Positions 1 to 11,786 of a DNA stretch of 64,000 nucleotides are shown one piece after another. The stretch's first letter is position 1; the number at the start of each line of letters is the position of its first letter. The notes under the pieces were generated by a model that was not told the origin of the DNA, searched no databases, and saw nothing but the letters and a program-made list of their open reading frames with translations. The translations under genes and the position numbers were made by a program. This DNA is from Podarcis gaigeae (Eukaryota): the NCBI GenBank assembly GCA_964106915.2, contig OZ066918.1; one strand, 5' to 3'.

Positions 1-379
1 ACAGACTGAGGCTGTGTATACATCATATGTTTAAAGCACACGACTCCCCCCCCCCCCGGATTCCTGGGAATTGTAGCTTGGCAAGGGCACTGGGAACTGT
101 AGCTTTGTGAGGGATAAATGACAGTTGTCAGTAATCTCTGGGGGAAGTCATCTGCTGTAAATCTGTGGTGTGAATGCAGCCAGAGGAGACAACATATATA
201 GTAAGCTCCCTAAAGAAGAGACCTATCATTTTTGCTTATGCTATCCTGCGAAGCTCCAATGCACATTGACTGTGAGGTCTATCTATGATATGCCATAAAA
301 AGCACATGGTGCATATCACACGGTAACATGTCTTCCATCCTTAAATGCATGCTATTTGTCATTTTACTCTGAATGACAT

Positions 380-1420
380 CATCCACCTTCTATCTTGTAT
401 GCAAGCAGCAAATACTCTTGCTAGTATTACATAAACAGAAAATGTGGCATCTCCAAGAGCTAGAGAACGGAATCCTTTTGAAGCCATACTGCCTAATCAT
501 AATAAATAATACTGCCAGAGATCTCACCATCATTTCCCTAGAGTGAGCACAGATGTGCTTAACCCAGTCTGCCAGGTCTTTCAATTATTGACTTATGAGT
601 ATAAGGCACTGCCTTGACCTAAGACAGTTTTCCCAACTTGCTTTCCTTCCCAAACACAATTCCTTATACTGGATTCAAAGCACCCTAGCTGTGTACCTCT
701 CTTCAGCCACCCTCCCGCTCTGTTTTCCCCATACTGCAGACTGTGCCAATTGCCTGCATAGGTCTAATGAGCCCAGACTTTGTTCAATCTTCCAGAAGTT
801 TTGCTCCTCTCGTTGAGCTGTAGCTAATCTTTCAGCCTTTCTTGTTGATGTGATTCTGTGCAGTGATCTCCAATGTGCAGCCTGAGTTTCCTTTCCAAAT
901 CTTCAGGTTTTTTTTTTGGGGGGGGGGGAGACACACCATGTCTGAAGATCCGTAAATGAAATTTTAGGCTGCACTTTGGGGAGCGCTGCACAGAATGGCA
1001 ATGAGAGATACTAAAACATTTCCAGAGCAGAACTCCTCTGCAGATAATTACAGGTTCCAAGCACTAGGCATCATCGTTGGCTTTGGGCCAGGCATGCCCA
1101 GCATCTGCTCAGGTCGATGCAGCATTTCTGCTCATGCCAGCAAACAGCTGGATTACCACTGGCTCTCAAGCCTCCATTCTGCTGATGAAGTGCTCAACTG
1201 CAGGGTTGAGAAGCTTCTCAGCAATCCATATTGCTCCTTTAATTTGCCTGAATGACAAGATCCTCTGATAAATTTTTCTTGTGCCTTTGCACAATGCATC
1301 TGACAGGGTCCTGGGCTGTATGAATTGGGAAGAGATGGGAAGAATGGAGGAGGGCCAGAATGACAGGTTTGTCTTCAGGGTGAGGCAGAAGAAGCAAGTA
1401 TCCTGGCTTGAGAGTTGGGT
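380..1420 (-). mobile_element. Possible highly degraded LINE (RTE-like endonuclease region)
   Basis: Broken minus-strand translations give faint AP-endonuclease-like motifs (LRLHIG resembling GDFNAHIG; FIMIRQ resembling IDYIL) with many stops and frameshifts. Boundaries are approximate. Confidence 0.3.
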
Positions 1421-2140
1421 GTGGTTCTTCTGCAGGTGTATAAAGGGTTGAATTAGGCTTGCAGCTGATATTTATATGTGTGTGTCTGGGTATAAGTATG
1501 CATATCTGAAGTCTCTCTGAAGTAGCACATAATGACACTATATTTTTAGACCTAAGCATTTATTTTCCTTCCTTCTTTCCTTTTTTTCTTAAAGGTAGCA
1601 CATATATATCACAGAAACATGCACAGCTAAACTATTCCTGCTATCTGCATGTATCTCTGTTTCCCTTATGTTGCTGATGTGAAGTTTTGGAACATTCAGA
1701 AACAATCACAATGTTCAAGACAGAGCACACAACAGTAAAAGGTTCATAAGCAGGCCAATTTCTACGAGGGGCTAGAGAGCTCAGCTTGGGTGGGGGAAGA
1801 TTCACATAAGGCAGAAGAAATTATACCCATGTTGTTTATATTCCATGAAGTCTTCAGTACCCTATATAGCTCGTTGCCCCTTCTTTATGTCTGCTGAATA
1901 AATTCTGCAAACTAAGCAAAGACATGAAAATAATAAATGTGCATAATTCATAGAGCTTGCAGAATCCAGCCTTTTCCTTAGCACTGAACTCCATAATTCA
2001 GAGTACATTTGAAGGAGCAGCTGAATAGCAAGAGGCCCCAGGAGGTAAAGAAGACAAAGAGCAGATCCTGACGCAGAGCAGAGTGGGCATGAACTGAGAA
2101 ACCAAAGGGAAGGATAAGGAAATAAGGCAAAATCCTAATG

Positions 2141-2268
2141 CAAGGATGATGAACCTGAGGCCCTCCAGATGTTATTGGATTACAATACCAATAATTCCTG
2201 GGTTGCTAATGGTGCTGATGGCACTTTGAGCTGAACAACATCTGAAGGGGCCAGGTTCACCATCTTTG
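2141..2268. mobile_element. Palindromic hAT-type MITE (degraded copy)
   Basis: Imperfect terminal inverted repeats CAAGGATGATGAACCTG...CAGGTTCACCATCTTTG; same family as 7859-7994. Confidence 0.6.
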
Positions 2269-3662
2269 CCCTAAAGAAAGGACAAGCAGAAGAGACAGTG
2301 AATTGAGAAAAGGATTAATCAGTGAGAAAGGTATTATGAACAAAGCTCCCATATGGCCTCAAGCAGTTGTGGAGAACATTTGGCTCCTCCAGATGTTGCT
2401 CAACTACAACTCCCATCATCAGGGATGGCCATGCTTGCTAGGGCTGATGGGTGTTGAGACAACAGTGACTGGTGGTCATCTGGAAGTTGCACTAAGGAGA
2501 AAGCAGAGCAGGCAAACCCCATAAAACAGGATAAGGGACCTTGTGCTGTTAAGAGAAAGGGTGAAGGCAGGCAAAGATGCTTTGGAGATTAGAAGGGTGT
2601 GGGTCAAGGAGAGTGATATGAGAACAGGGCTATTACTTCCAGGTGCCAGGAAACTTCCTGTACCTTTAAAAGTACTGTAAAAGGGAAAATCCAACCAAGG
2701 GTGAAAGAAGCCACACCAGGAACTGTAATTATTATTTTAATCAAATGGTCAAAGGTAAGGTACAGAAAATCTCTCAAGTTGCAAGTTTAAGGAGATAGCA
2801 AGGCCCAGAGATGCAGGCTTGAGTTTGAACTATTAACTAAGGGCACTGCATCTAAAGTTGCTCAATTGTAAACTCAGGAGAGGGGATACAAATATATTTA
2901 ATTTCATGAAAAATTATGGTTTATTGGTATCTTTCAGTCCTGTTTGGGGAATATCATTCCCTGGAACAGGGAGAAAACCCCATTATCTTTAATTCCAAAT
3001 AAACATTCAGAAATCATAAAATGCTTTTATCCACATTTCCCTCGGAAGATGAACACTCCCTGGCCAGTTCTAGACAGTAAACATGGAGGACCAAGTATAG
3101 TGCAGACACGCCACCCCAGGGAGGGCTATTCTGAAGGAGGCCCTTCTGTCGCTGTGCCCTAAGTGCCCATTAGTGCGGCCAATTAGTCAGCCCCACACCA
3201 TATACCAGGTCTCCCTTAGGCTTGGTATGTGAGGGGTGGGTATGTGGCAGCTGGGGCCAAGCGTTCCCCATCAAAGAGAACTGCCCTGGAAGCGGAGGCA
3301 ACAACACCCGCCAGCAACACCGGGACCCGAAGCTATGCGCTATCTCCCGCTTTGAGGCTGGGATGGCACGTGCCCCAAGTAGCCCGTACGCCGGCTCTCG
3401 GAAGACAAGCAGGAAACGAGCGCGAGCCCGGTTGCTCTTTTCCTTGCTCTGCACAGCTCCGCCTCTCGCCGTCCCTCCCGCGAGTCAGTGCCGGAGCCCG
3501 GCGCTCCAGCGTGGGGACACCCTGGGGGGATGCGGCTCCCACGAAGGCAGCCCGCCCCCTCCCCTTGTGGTGGAGATGCCATTCACTGAGGAAGCCTGAG
3601 CGTTGAGGCTGGGGGCGAGCGAAGCAGCGGTTGAGGAGGGGATCGCGCTGGGGGAGCGGGTC

Positions 3663-3683
3663 GTCAGCACCGCGGACAGCGCT
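3663..3683 (+). promoter_or_regulatory. RE1/NRSE (REST site) 1
   Basis: GTCAGCACCGCGGACAGCGCT matches consensus TTCAGCACCACGGACAGCGCC at 18/21 with both half-sites intact. Confidence 0.85.
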
Positions 3684-3721
3684 AGGCGGGGCGCTTTGCC
3701 CCCGACTCCTGCGCCTCCGAT

Positions 3722-3742
3722 TCCAGCACCAAGGACAGCGCA
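3722..3742 (+). promoter_or_regulatory. RE1/NRSE (REST site) 2
   Basis: TCCAGCACCAAGGACAGCGCA matches the consensus at 18/21 with canonical half-site spacing. Confidence 0.8.
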
Positions 3743-3976
3743 GAACTCTCCGCGCCCGTTGCCCACCGCGCTTCCCCGCCACGGACGCCGCCCCAGCCCT
3801 GCCGGTGGCAACAAGCTCCGGGGAGCCGAGCGCTTCCTCCGCCTGCGGCAACAGGGACATCGCCCTTAGGTCGGCTTCCTGAGAAAGGAGGAGCCTTCGT
3901 CACCAACCTGCTCTAGCCTCGGCTTCGGACTCCCGGGCTCCCGAGCAGCGTGGAGCAACCACGCTGGCAGCACAAC

Positions 3977-3988
3977 ATGGCAACCGAG
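3977..3988 (+). CDS. GOLGA7B: Golgin A7 family member B, coding exon 1 (MATE)
   Basis: aacATGG Kozak context, ATG GCA ACC GAG then gtgagc donor; matches the recalled GOLGA7B N-terminus [14 protein letters not shown]. Confidence 0.9.
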
Positions 3989-4649
3989 GTGAGCAGCGCG
4001 GGGAAAGCACAAAACATAGGAGGAAGCTCTGTCGAATCATGGCAGCCGCCGGAAAGCATCTCCTCCTGCTTTGCCTGCCTAGTTTCTGCCCGGTGCGGTA
4101 GGAGATCGCCAGACCAGGCGACCCTCACCGAGACTGGCTGCTCCGGCACCGCATCCCCTGGGTTTGTTCTGCAGGCCCCAGAAGTCCCTTGTGCCTCCGA
4201 CTTCAGCGCGGGTTAAAGAAAGGCAGCGCCGAGAGCCTCCGGCATGTGTCTGGGGCTAGGGTGGTTGGCACGTCATGGCTCCCTCCCCAGAGTGGCGCTT
4301 CCCCTGCTCCGCAATCCTGGGTCACTAAACAAGGCAGGGCATTGCTAATAGAGAACGAGACCTCGCTATGCTCAGTGGCTGAAGCAGTGTGTTTCTCTGG
4401 GTGCAGCGCAGGGAGTCTCATGGCAGTACCTGCCAGCGTCAGGCAAGGGGCAGGACGACGACAAGAGGAAGCCACAGGGCGAGGACAGCAGCACCCCTGA
4501 TGCTTCCCCAGGCTGTCCTTGGCATGTGGCTCTGGTGATGGAGGATGAGACCACCTGTGGCATATGACTCTCCGGTTTAAGTGTGGGTCCCATTAATCAG
4601 CTTTGTGAATCACCGGCAGCCACCCCCACCCCACTGCTCCGTGTGGCAG

Positions 4650-4806
4650 GTCTCAGTGGTAAAGCCCTGGGACCTCCAGGTAGGACTGAGAGAGAGAGAC
4701 CCCTGCCTGAAATCCTGGAGAGCCACTGCCAGCCAGTGTGGGCAATACTGAGCTAAGATGGACCAATTATGTGGCACAGCATAAGGCAGCTTCCTAGGTC
4801 CCTATG
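4650..4806 (+). mobile_element. tRNA-derived squamate SINE (Squam3-like), degraded
   Basis: Shares body and tail (ggagagccactgccagccagtgt...gagctaagatggacca...ataaggcagcttccta) with copies at 18910, 43975 and 61975. Confidence 0.6.
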
Positions 4807-6780
4807 TGGGGTTCAGAGCAGAGCAGAAAGGGTGGGGAAACGGGGATCCAGCGGCGCTATCTCTCCAGGTGTCCTATAGCCAGAAGCTCTCCAAAGCCAG
4901 CTCCTTCATCTTACACCTCAAATCCATCCCTTAGGGCTGTTCGCCACAACCTATGCTCTTCACCTTCCTCCTCCCGCGCCACAAAACAAGGTCTTGTTTA
5001 CTGTCGTTGTTGTGCTGCTACCGAGGCAAGATGCAGCAGCGAGCAGGCGAAAATGGTCTGAGCCGGAATGGGAACTACCGAAAGGTTGTTACTAGGGGAA
5101 AGGCGGCAGTTTCTAAATGCGGGTGGTTCGGCGGCGCGCGCGGGGAGGGGGGGGGGCTTGCAGCCTGCTACTAACGCCACAGCAAGGCATCCCTGTAAAA
5201 GGCCAAAGCATCTGAGCACACGGTGCGCACCGAACCCCTCCCCTGTAGAGTAGACCAGTTCCCCTTCCTGCTAGGAAAGTCAATAATTTTTATCCCAGCA
5301 TCAGATCTTCAGCATCGCAGCCCTTGTTGCTGAGGTTAGGACCTCGGTTGACTCCCATCTTGCACATGCTCAGATTAAATAACCCTTGACTTGAGCCCAA
5401 ACCCTCTTGAAAAAAACGAGCGGTGTTCCGAAATCCAGGTAGAAAACAACTGCTGACTTTCTCAACATCTAGGATGATTTATTAATATGGAGCACCCGAG
5501 ATCCAATATAACAGAGCATGTGGGAAATTTAATGAGGTCAGAACCTGAGACATGCCTTTTTTTGAAGCCTTGTAAGGAGATGTCTAATAGGAAGGAAAGG
5601 TGTGCTCTCCCTGCCAGACAGGGTGGGGGCTGCTTGCAAACTGGGAAGAAATATAGGATTTCAACATGCCTCTAAACAAAGCCAGCATCAGACTGTGAAC
5701 AGGCAGGATGACAGATTATCCTACACTTGCTTCCCAGGGGATCTGAAATGCCTCTTGGAAGGTTTGAAACTGGGCTGAAAGGATTTCTGGATTATATATA
5801 CTGGCCAGCTACAGAAGTTTAAAAAGGTAAAGGGAAAGGACCCCTGACAGTTAAGTCCAATTCCACAAAGCTCATTAGAAACTAAAGGCAGTGGGATGGA
5901 CCCTGGAGCTAAGAGGTGTGCAGTTCCATATCGATTCTTAATCACTCTGGGATTCGTCACAAATAGGAGAGGAATAGCTTGAGACACAAAATCTGCTGCC
6001 ACCTCTTGGATTATCCATCACACAGCTCTAACTCCCAGCAGTCCTATTCAGGACTTTGCAAGCTGTCAATTGGCATATACTGTTGCAGTTAATTTCTGTT
6101 TTCTTTCTGTTACACCATTCTACATCTTTCAGTGTTGGTTTTAATGTTTTGGACCTGCTATGCTTCAACTCAAGCTGAGTAAATTTCAATAAGTTTTTTT
6201 TTTTGAGAGAACATAACAGCTAGATAGTTGGTTTTTTAAAATAGTTTTTGCCAAAAGTGCACTTTCTTGTTCTGTTAATAGCTTATTGACTTGTCACATC
6301 CTCATTCAGCATATTCCATTATAAATAATTGGCAAACCAATGAGTCATACAACCTGGAAAATCAAGCTACAGAATTACACCTCAATAACAACAAGGTGTT
6401 CCATACCTAACTATGTATTTTATCCTCACACTATCAAACCCTCAAAAATGACGTGTTTCCATCAAAATATTTTTGTGAAATTGATTTTTTCAGAAGGTTA
6501 TTAAATAGTTCCAATTTTCCATATAGCTTCTAATTGTGTTAATCCTATTCCCATACTGAATCAAACAACATGTATTAACTTTATCAAGTAACAGATATTC
6601 CATGCATTCATAACTTTCATAGCTTTATTTTTCCAAATTGTTTTTGTGATTTCAATTCTTGCAGATATAATTTGGTTATTGAAAATCCTCTGGTTTTATC
6701 CATGTTCTCTGCTCTATAACACAGGAGAAACCTTAATGGTATTAAAGGCAATACAGAGAGAATGGGCTTTTACAGAATTG

Positions 6781-6817
6781 GTGTGTGTGTGTGTGTGTGT
6801 GAGTGAGTGTGTGTGTG
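6781..6817. repeat. (TG)n microsatellite
   Basis: Direct reading. Confidence 0.95.
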
Positions 6818-7858
6818 TTTCAAAAAGATGGAAAAATAATGCAGTACAATGCAGAAAAATATAGGTAGTGCCAAGCTTATTTTCTTCTGACACAAATTTT
6901 GTACATCTCTATTTCTTTAAGCTTGCTTATTTATCCCTCTCTGTCTGATTAACTGTGTCTTTGAGAGTCTGTATGCAGGGCTTGGGAAGCTTCTGGAGAA
7001 AAGGCAATCTCCTTCAAAAGCAATTTAGTTCTGCTGCAGAACAAATTATAAGTATAGCTGGAAATACAGAATTAATAGGATTTTTTAAAATTTATTTTGG
7101 TTACCCACAGTTTAGTTCACACTCACATATACGATACATCATTGCATGGGTCAAACACAGTGGACCTTACTCCACATGGAACCAGGACACTTTGAAAGAA
7201 TAAAGAAAAGTGTCTGGTTATACCAGTAATTTTTCAGAACTGTTTGGATACTTCATAAAGAAGGAAACTGCATGAGGTTTTAAAGGCTTAGATAATCTGG
7301 GTTTAGGAAATGAAAGTGTCAAGAGAACACAAAAAGTAATATGGCATGACAAAGACGAAGATGCTGAGCATAATTGTAAGGAACAAGTGACTCAATGTAT
7401 TGTTTCATGCATTTTATGCAGTTTAATTATTACTGTGACACAATATGGTAGGGCAGAAATGGGTCGTGAACCCAGGATTACCCACACCGAGTCTAATGCT
7501 CCAGTTATTGAGGCACACTGCTCAGTTGTGTGTGTGTGTGTGTGTGTATACACCCCACCCCACCCCTTCTGGATGAAATAGGACCAGAAAGGAAACGCCC
7601 ATTAGAATTGCCAAGGGATATTCAGCTACAAGCTGGCAGTTTATGAAGTTATATTCATATAGTCACAAATCTAGGGGCGGCTGGAACAACTCAGAGTGTT
7701 TAACAAAAATGTTTATAATGGGTTAGCCTCAGGAAGGATACACACTTTTACTCCCTAAAGTTATGTGACAGATGTCTGCAGTGTTTATGGAAGATCTTGC
7801 TTTGGGGTTGTAGTTCTTGAGCCTACGTTAAATAAAGAGACAGATGCAAAGGCTAGAC

Positions 7859-7994
7859 CAGTGTTTCCCAACCTTGTGCCTCCAGCTGTTTTTGAACTAC
7901 AACTCCCATCATCCCTGACTAGCAAGACCAGTGGCAAGGGATGATGGGAACTGTAGTCCAAAAACAGCTGTAGGCACAAGGTTGGGAAACACTG
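7859..7994. mobile_element. Palindromic hAT MITE, 136 bp, with 8-bp TSD
   Basis: TIR CAGTGTTTCCCAACCTTGTGCCT / AGGCACAAGGTTGGGAAACACTG; perfect TSD GGCTAGAC at 7851-7858 and 7995-8002. Confidence 0.92.
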
Positions 7995-9521
7995 GGCTAG
8001 ACTCCATATCAGCTCGAGGCTCTTACCTTTTTGCCATGCATGATCTGCTGCTCTTACTTTTTATCTGTGTCTTTGGCTGGCTGGGATTCAAACTGGAGGT
8101 GGGATGAGTCTGTACATTCGGCTCAGTCCAGTCTCAGAGTTGGCTGGCAACCAGGGGAAGAAAGAGTGTTTGGGGAGCCTAAAAACCTCTGTGGTTTATT
8201 CTGGAAGAACTTGTTTTTGCTTTGTTAGGTGTGTCCCTTCAATTGAGGTCATCCTGTGATCTTTTCTATATGTTCCTGCCAGCTCCACTCTTTGTAAGAT
8301 ATATAACCCCAGAGTTTCAGGTTTTCCAGTCATTGATGGTCTTGGGAACCTGCTCCATTTCTTACTACAAAGCATCTTGCCAAGTTCCATTGATAGTCCT
8401 CTTGCTCCAACAGCAGCAGGCACATGTTGCTTGTATATAGGGATAGCCCATAAAATGCAATAGGAGGGCTGATTCACACATGGATGTTGCACAGTTCTCA
8501 GCCAATAATGTGCACTGCCTCAGTCGGAAATCACTATCTGTTGTGATATAAAAGCTTCATGATGTTTGATCTACGACGACTGTTTTATACATCTAAGTTA
8601 CTAGCTAATGAATATGGATGTATGAATTTACTCCGTGTCTAACCTTCAAACTGCATTTCCAAATCTAAAATCCTTACCAGTATTCTAAGGTGATGTTGAA
8701 GAGATAAGGAACTGTGTTATAATCCACTGCAGCAGGGCTTACCAGTGTTGTGAACTATAGTCTCATAGAACATACCGTATTTTCAATCAGTTTTGGGTAG
8801 GATTGCAATGCTGAATTGGTTAAACAGCTGTTGAATGGCCTTCTGGTCAACTAAAGAGATGCCCTCCAATTAAGTAGCAGATCAAAACAACTGTTCTTTA
8901 AATGCAAGCAAGTGTCAGATGCCATCTTAGAAGAGTCATTCTTGCTTCTTGCTCACACAAGGAGGGAGGGAATGCCTCTTCTGAGATGGTGCTCTCAATG
9001 AAGAGTGGCACATCATCAAAAAAACAATGGGTGGCATCCAAACCTGTGCAAGCCATGTTCCATTTGTGCAAAGTAACTCACCTTCCTCCCCTCTCCCCCT
9101 GCACCCTCAAAATCTACTCCAGAGTGTTTGTGGGGATGGCTGAAGGGGAGATGAGAGAAGGGGATATTTCCATTGCACAAGCAGAAATTAGTTGCATGAG
9201 AAGAGCAGCACTGACTACAACCCAAAAGCAGTACCCCATAATCATAACTTAAAAAAAAATATTTGTATCCAAGTCAATGTAGATTCAGGGACTCTTTAGA
9301 GCAGGGGTGAAGAACCTGCAGCCCTCCAGGTGGTGTTGGGCTCCATCTTCCACCAACCCCTGCTAGCATGAACAATGGATAAAGAGAGTTGTAATCCAGC
9401 AATATTTGGAGGGCCACAAATTCCTGCCTTAGATGCATGGCATCAGGGTATGCTGTGAGCTTCCCCCACTGTTCTAGAAGGCACCTTTGCCTGTTGTAAC
9501 CACCTGCCTCTGCTCTTCCAG

Positions 9522-9647
9522 GTCCACAATCTCCAAGAACTACGGCGGAGTGCTTCCCTGGCCACCAAGGTCTTTGTTCAGCGGGACTACAGTGATGGGA
9601 CCATCTGCCAGTTCCAGACCAAATTCCCTCCAGAGCTGGACAGCCGG
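9522..9647 (+). CDS. GOLGA7B: GOLGA7B exon 2 ([42 protein letters not shown])
   Basis: ttccag acceptor, gtacag donor, 126 nt, phase 0-0; near-identical to recalled human GOLGA7B. Confidence 0.96.
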
Positions 9648-10093
9648 GTACAGCCAGTTTTCTCACAGGGTTCATGCTGACTGGTGAAGTAGGTGACAAA
9701 TCCTTATGTCAGACGAAGGCATTGTAGTCTGGATGCCAGTGAGAGCAAGGTGTTAGTGCACCAATGATGTTTCAGATGCTCTAGAAATCTTAAGCTGCAC
9801 AGAGTGGTTTCCTGCCTTCTTAAAAACCTGGGGTATGCCTCATTTCCTTTTATGATTTATTCTAACCTGTTAGCTGTTGTGATCATATACAAAATGCATA
9901 GCAGACCATCTTGCTCAAAGATCTGAACACACACATTTCCATTCCACCGTACACCTGCTCTTGTTTCATTGCTCCCTTCTCTGATAGCATCTATTATTTT
10001 GCACTGGGGGAAAGATGGGCGCCATAAACAATCGAATGCCCTCTTGTGCATACATCTTATGGCATCCTTTCTCTTTTTTTCTCCTCACCAAAG

Positions 10094-10246
10094 ATTGAGC
10101 GGCAACTTTTTGAAGAAACTGTGAAGACCCTCAACAACTTCTATGCGGAGGCTGAGAAAATAGGGGGCAGCTCCTACCTGGAGGGATGCCTGGCCTGTGC
10201 CACAGCCTACTTCATCTTCCTCTGCATGGAGACCCGCTATGAGAAG
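10094..10246 (+). CDS. GOLGA7B: GOLGA7B exon 3 ([51 protein letters not shown])
   Basis: aag acceptor after a polypyrimidine tract, gtttgg donor, 153 nt; contains the family's palmitoylated CLAC cysteines. Confidence 0.96.
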
Positions 10247-10457
10247 GTTTGGAGCCACAACATGCATTGTATTGTGATACAACAATTGACGTTGTTGTTA
10301 TATAATATTGATTGGTCAATATGGAGTGTGTAAGTTAAATGAACCACCTGATTATCCACGTTCATAAGATGTAGATGCCTTGTTTCTCCCATATTTAACA
10401 ATATCCTGTCCAACCTCTTCTTGTGCCAATAATCTCAATTTGTGAATCATTGGGGTT

Positions 10458-10805
10458 CAGGGTAAAGGTAAAGGGACCCCTGACCATTAGGTCCAGTCAT
10501 GACCGACTCTGGGGTTGGGGCGCTCATCTCGCTTTATTGGCTGAGGGAGCTGGCGTACAGCTTCCGGGTCATGTGGCCAGTATGACTAAGCCGCTTCTGG
10601 TGAACCAGAGCAGCGCACGGAAATGCCGTTTACCTTCCCACCGGAGCGGTACCTGTTTATCTACTTGTACTTTGACGTGCTTTTGAATTGCTAGGTTGGC
10701 AGGAGCAGGTACCAAGCAACAGGAGCTCACTCCGTTGCGGGGATTCGAACTGCCGACCTTCTGATTGGCAAGTCCTAGGCTCTGTGGTTTAACCCACAGC
10801 ACCAC
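10458..10805 (-). mobile_element. Sauria SINE (Squam1), near full length
   Basis: (ACCTTT)n-type tail seen as ggtaaaggtaaag on +; tRNA-like head with B-box (ggattcgaac on +); 12-bp TSD ATCATTGGGGTT at 10446-10457 and 10806-10817. Confidence 0.9.
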
Positions 10806-11158
10806 ATCATTGGGGTTAGGATGAACTAAATAGGATACAAAGGGTTACCATCCAGAAATGTTGTGATCACAACTATTGTAGCAAAGCTATAGCAAACTGA
10901 CACTATGCTCAGTGCATATGGTGCTGAAGCACTCAGAAATTAGAATGCCAAGCTGATGTTTTTATTTCTATACTTGCATTTATTTACTTAATTGTGATAG
11001 TATGTGATCTGAATCCTGAATCCAAACAATGCAGGATCATGTAGACAATGAAGTCGCATTGGCAGAGTTTTTATGATAAGCTGATGGCAGGAATCCAGTG
11101 AACACTTGGCTCATGCATATGGACTGAAGGATTACTTGCACATAATGAACACCTAGAG

Positions 11159-11786
11159 CAGGAGTGTCAAACTCAAATTCATCGGGGGCCGCATCAGCAG
11201 TTTGGTCACCCTCAAAGGGCCAGTTGTATCTGTAGGACTATGTGTCCACTCTTTATTATCATAAATTATTGTCACTGCATTCAATTATTACTGTTTTTTG
11301 TAATAATGTAAGTAATAACTAGCTCTGAAAGCAGAAACATAGTCAGAATAATGGCAAGTAGATATTCAAATGTACAATTATTGTACAATTTATTGAAAAA
11401 TGATTTTTGGTAACAGACAGTAATTTATTTTTTAAAAACATACAAATATCGCCAAACACTGTTTATTACACATATGGCAAACACAAGGCAGCCGTTGGAT
11501 CTGTCACACCACAGGATGGCATGCGCCCAATATAAAAACAAGTGGAGGTTTCCTGAATGCATGTAAAGTGGAGGTTTCCTGTGTAGAACGGCTGGCGCCG
11601 CTAGAGGGCAGACGTTCTCTGGCTTGTAGGCTGCCGTGCATGCGCTGAAGAGGCGGCTTTCTTGTGTCAAAAAAAAACAACCGAGAATAAAAGGTGAAGG
11701 CTGGCGGCCGGCGGTGGCTACACGGGCCACATGGCGAGGTCTGGCGGGCCGGATTCGGCCCGCGGGCCTTGTGTTTGATACCCGTG
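11159..11786. mobile_element. Non-autonomous hAT (Charlie-like) DNA transposon
   Basis: TIRs CAGGAGTGTCAAAC / GTTTGATACCCGTG, GGCCCGCGGGCC-type subterminal motifs, perfect 8-bp TSD ACCTAGAG at 11151-11158 and 11787-11794. Confidence 0.9.

Larger units (their letters stand above)
3290..4300 (+). promoter_or_regulatory. GOLGA7B: CpG island / GOLGA7B promoter and first exon
   Basis: GC- and CpG-rich block against an AT-rich background, spanning the ATG at 3977; GC box GGCGGGGCG at about 3685. Confidence 0.85.

Noticed and set aside
3170-4500. Many overlapping 80-175 aa ORFs on both strands
   Set aside because: Expected in a GC-rich CpG island with few stop codons; no recognisable protein. Only the 12-nt MATE exon is supported.
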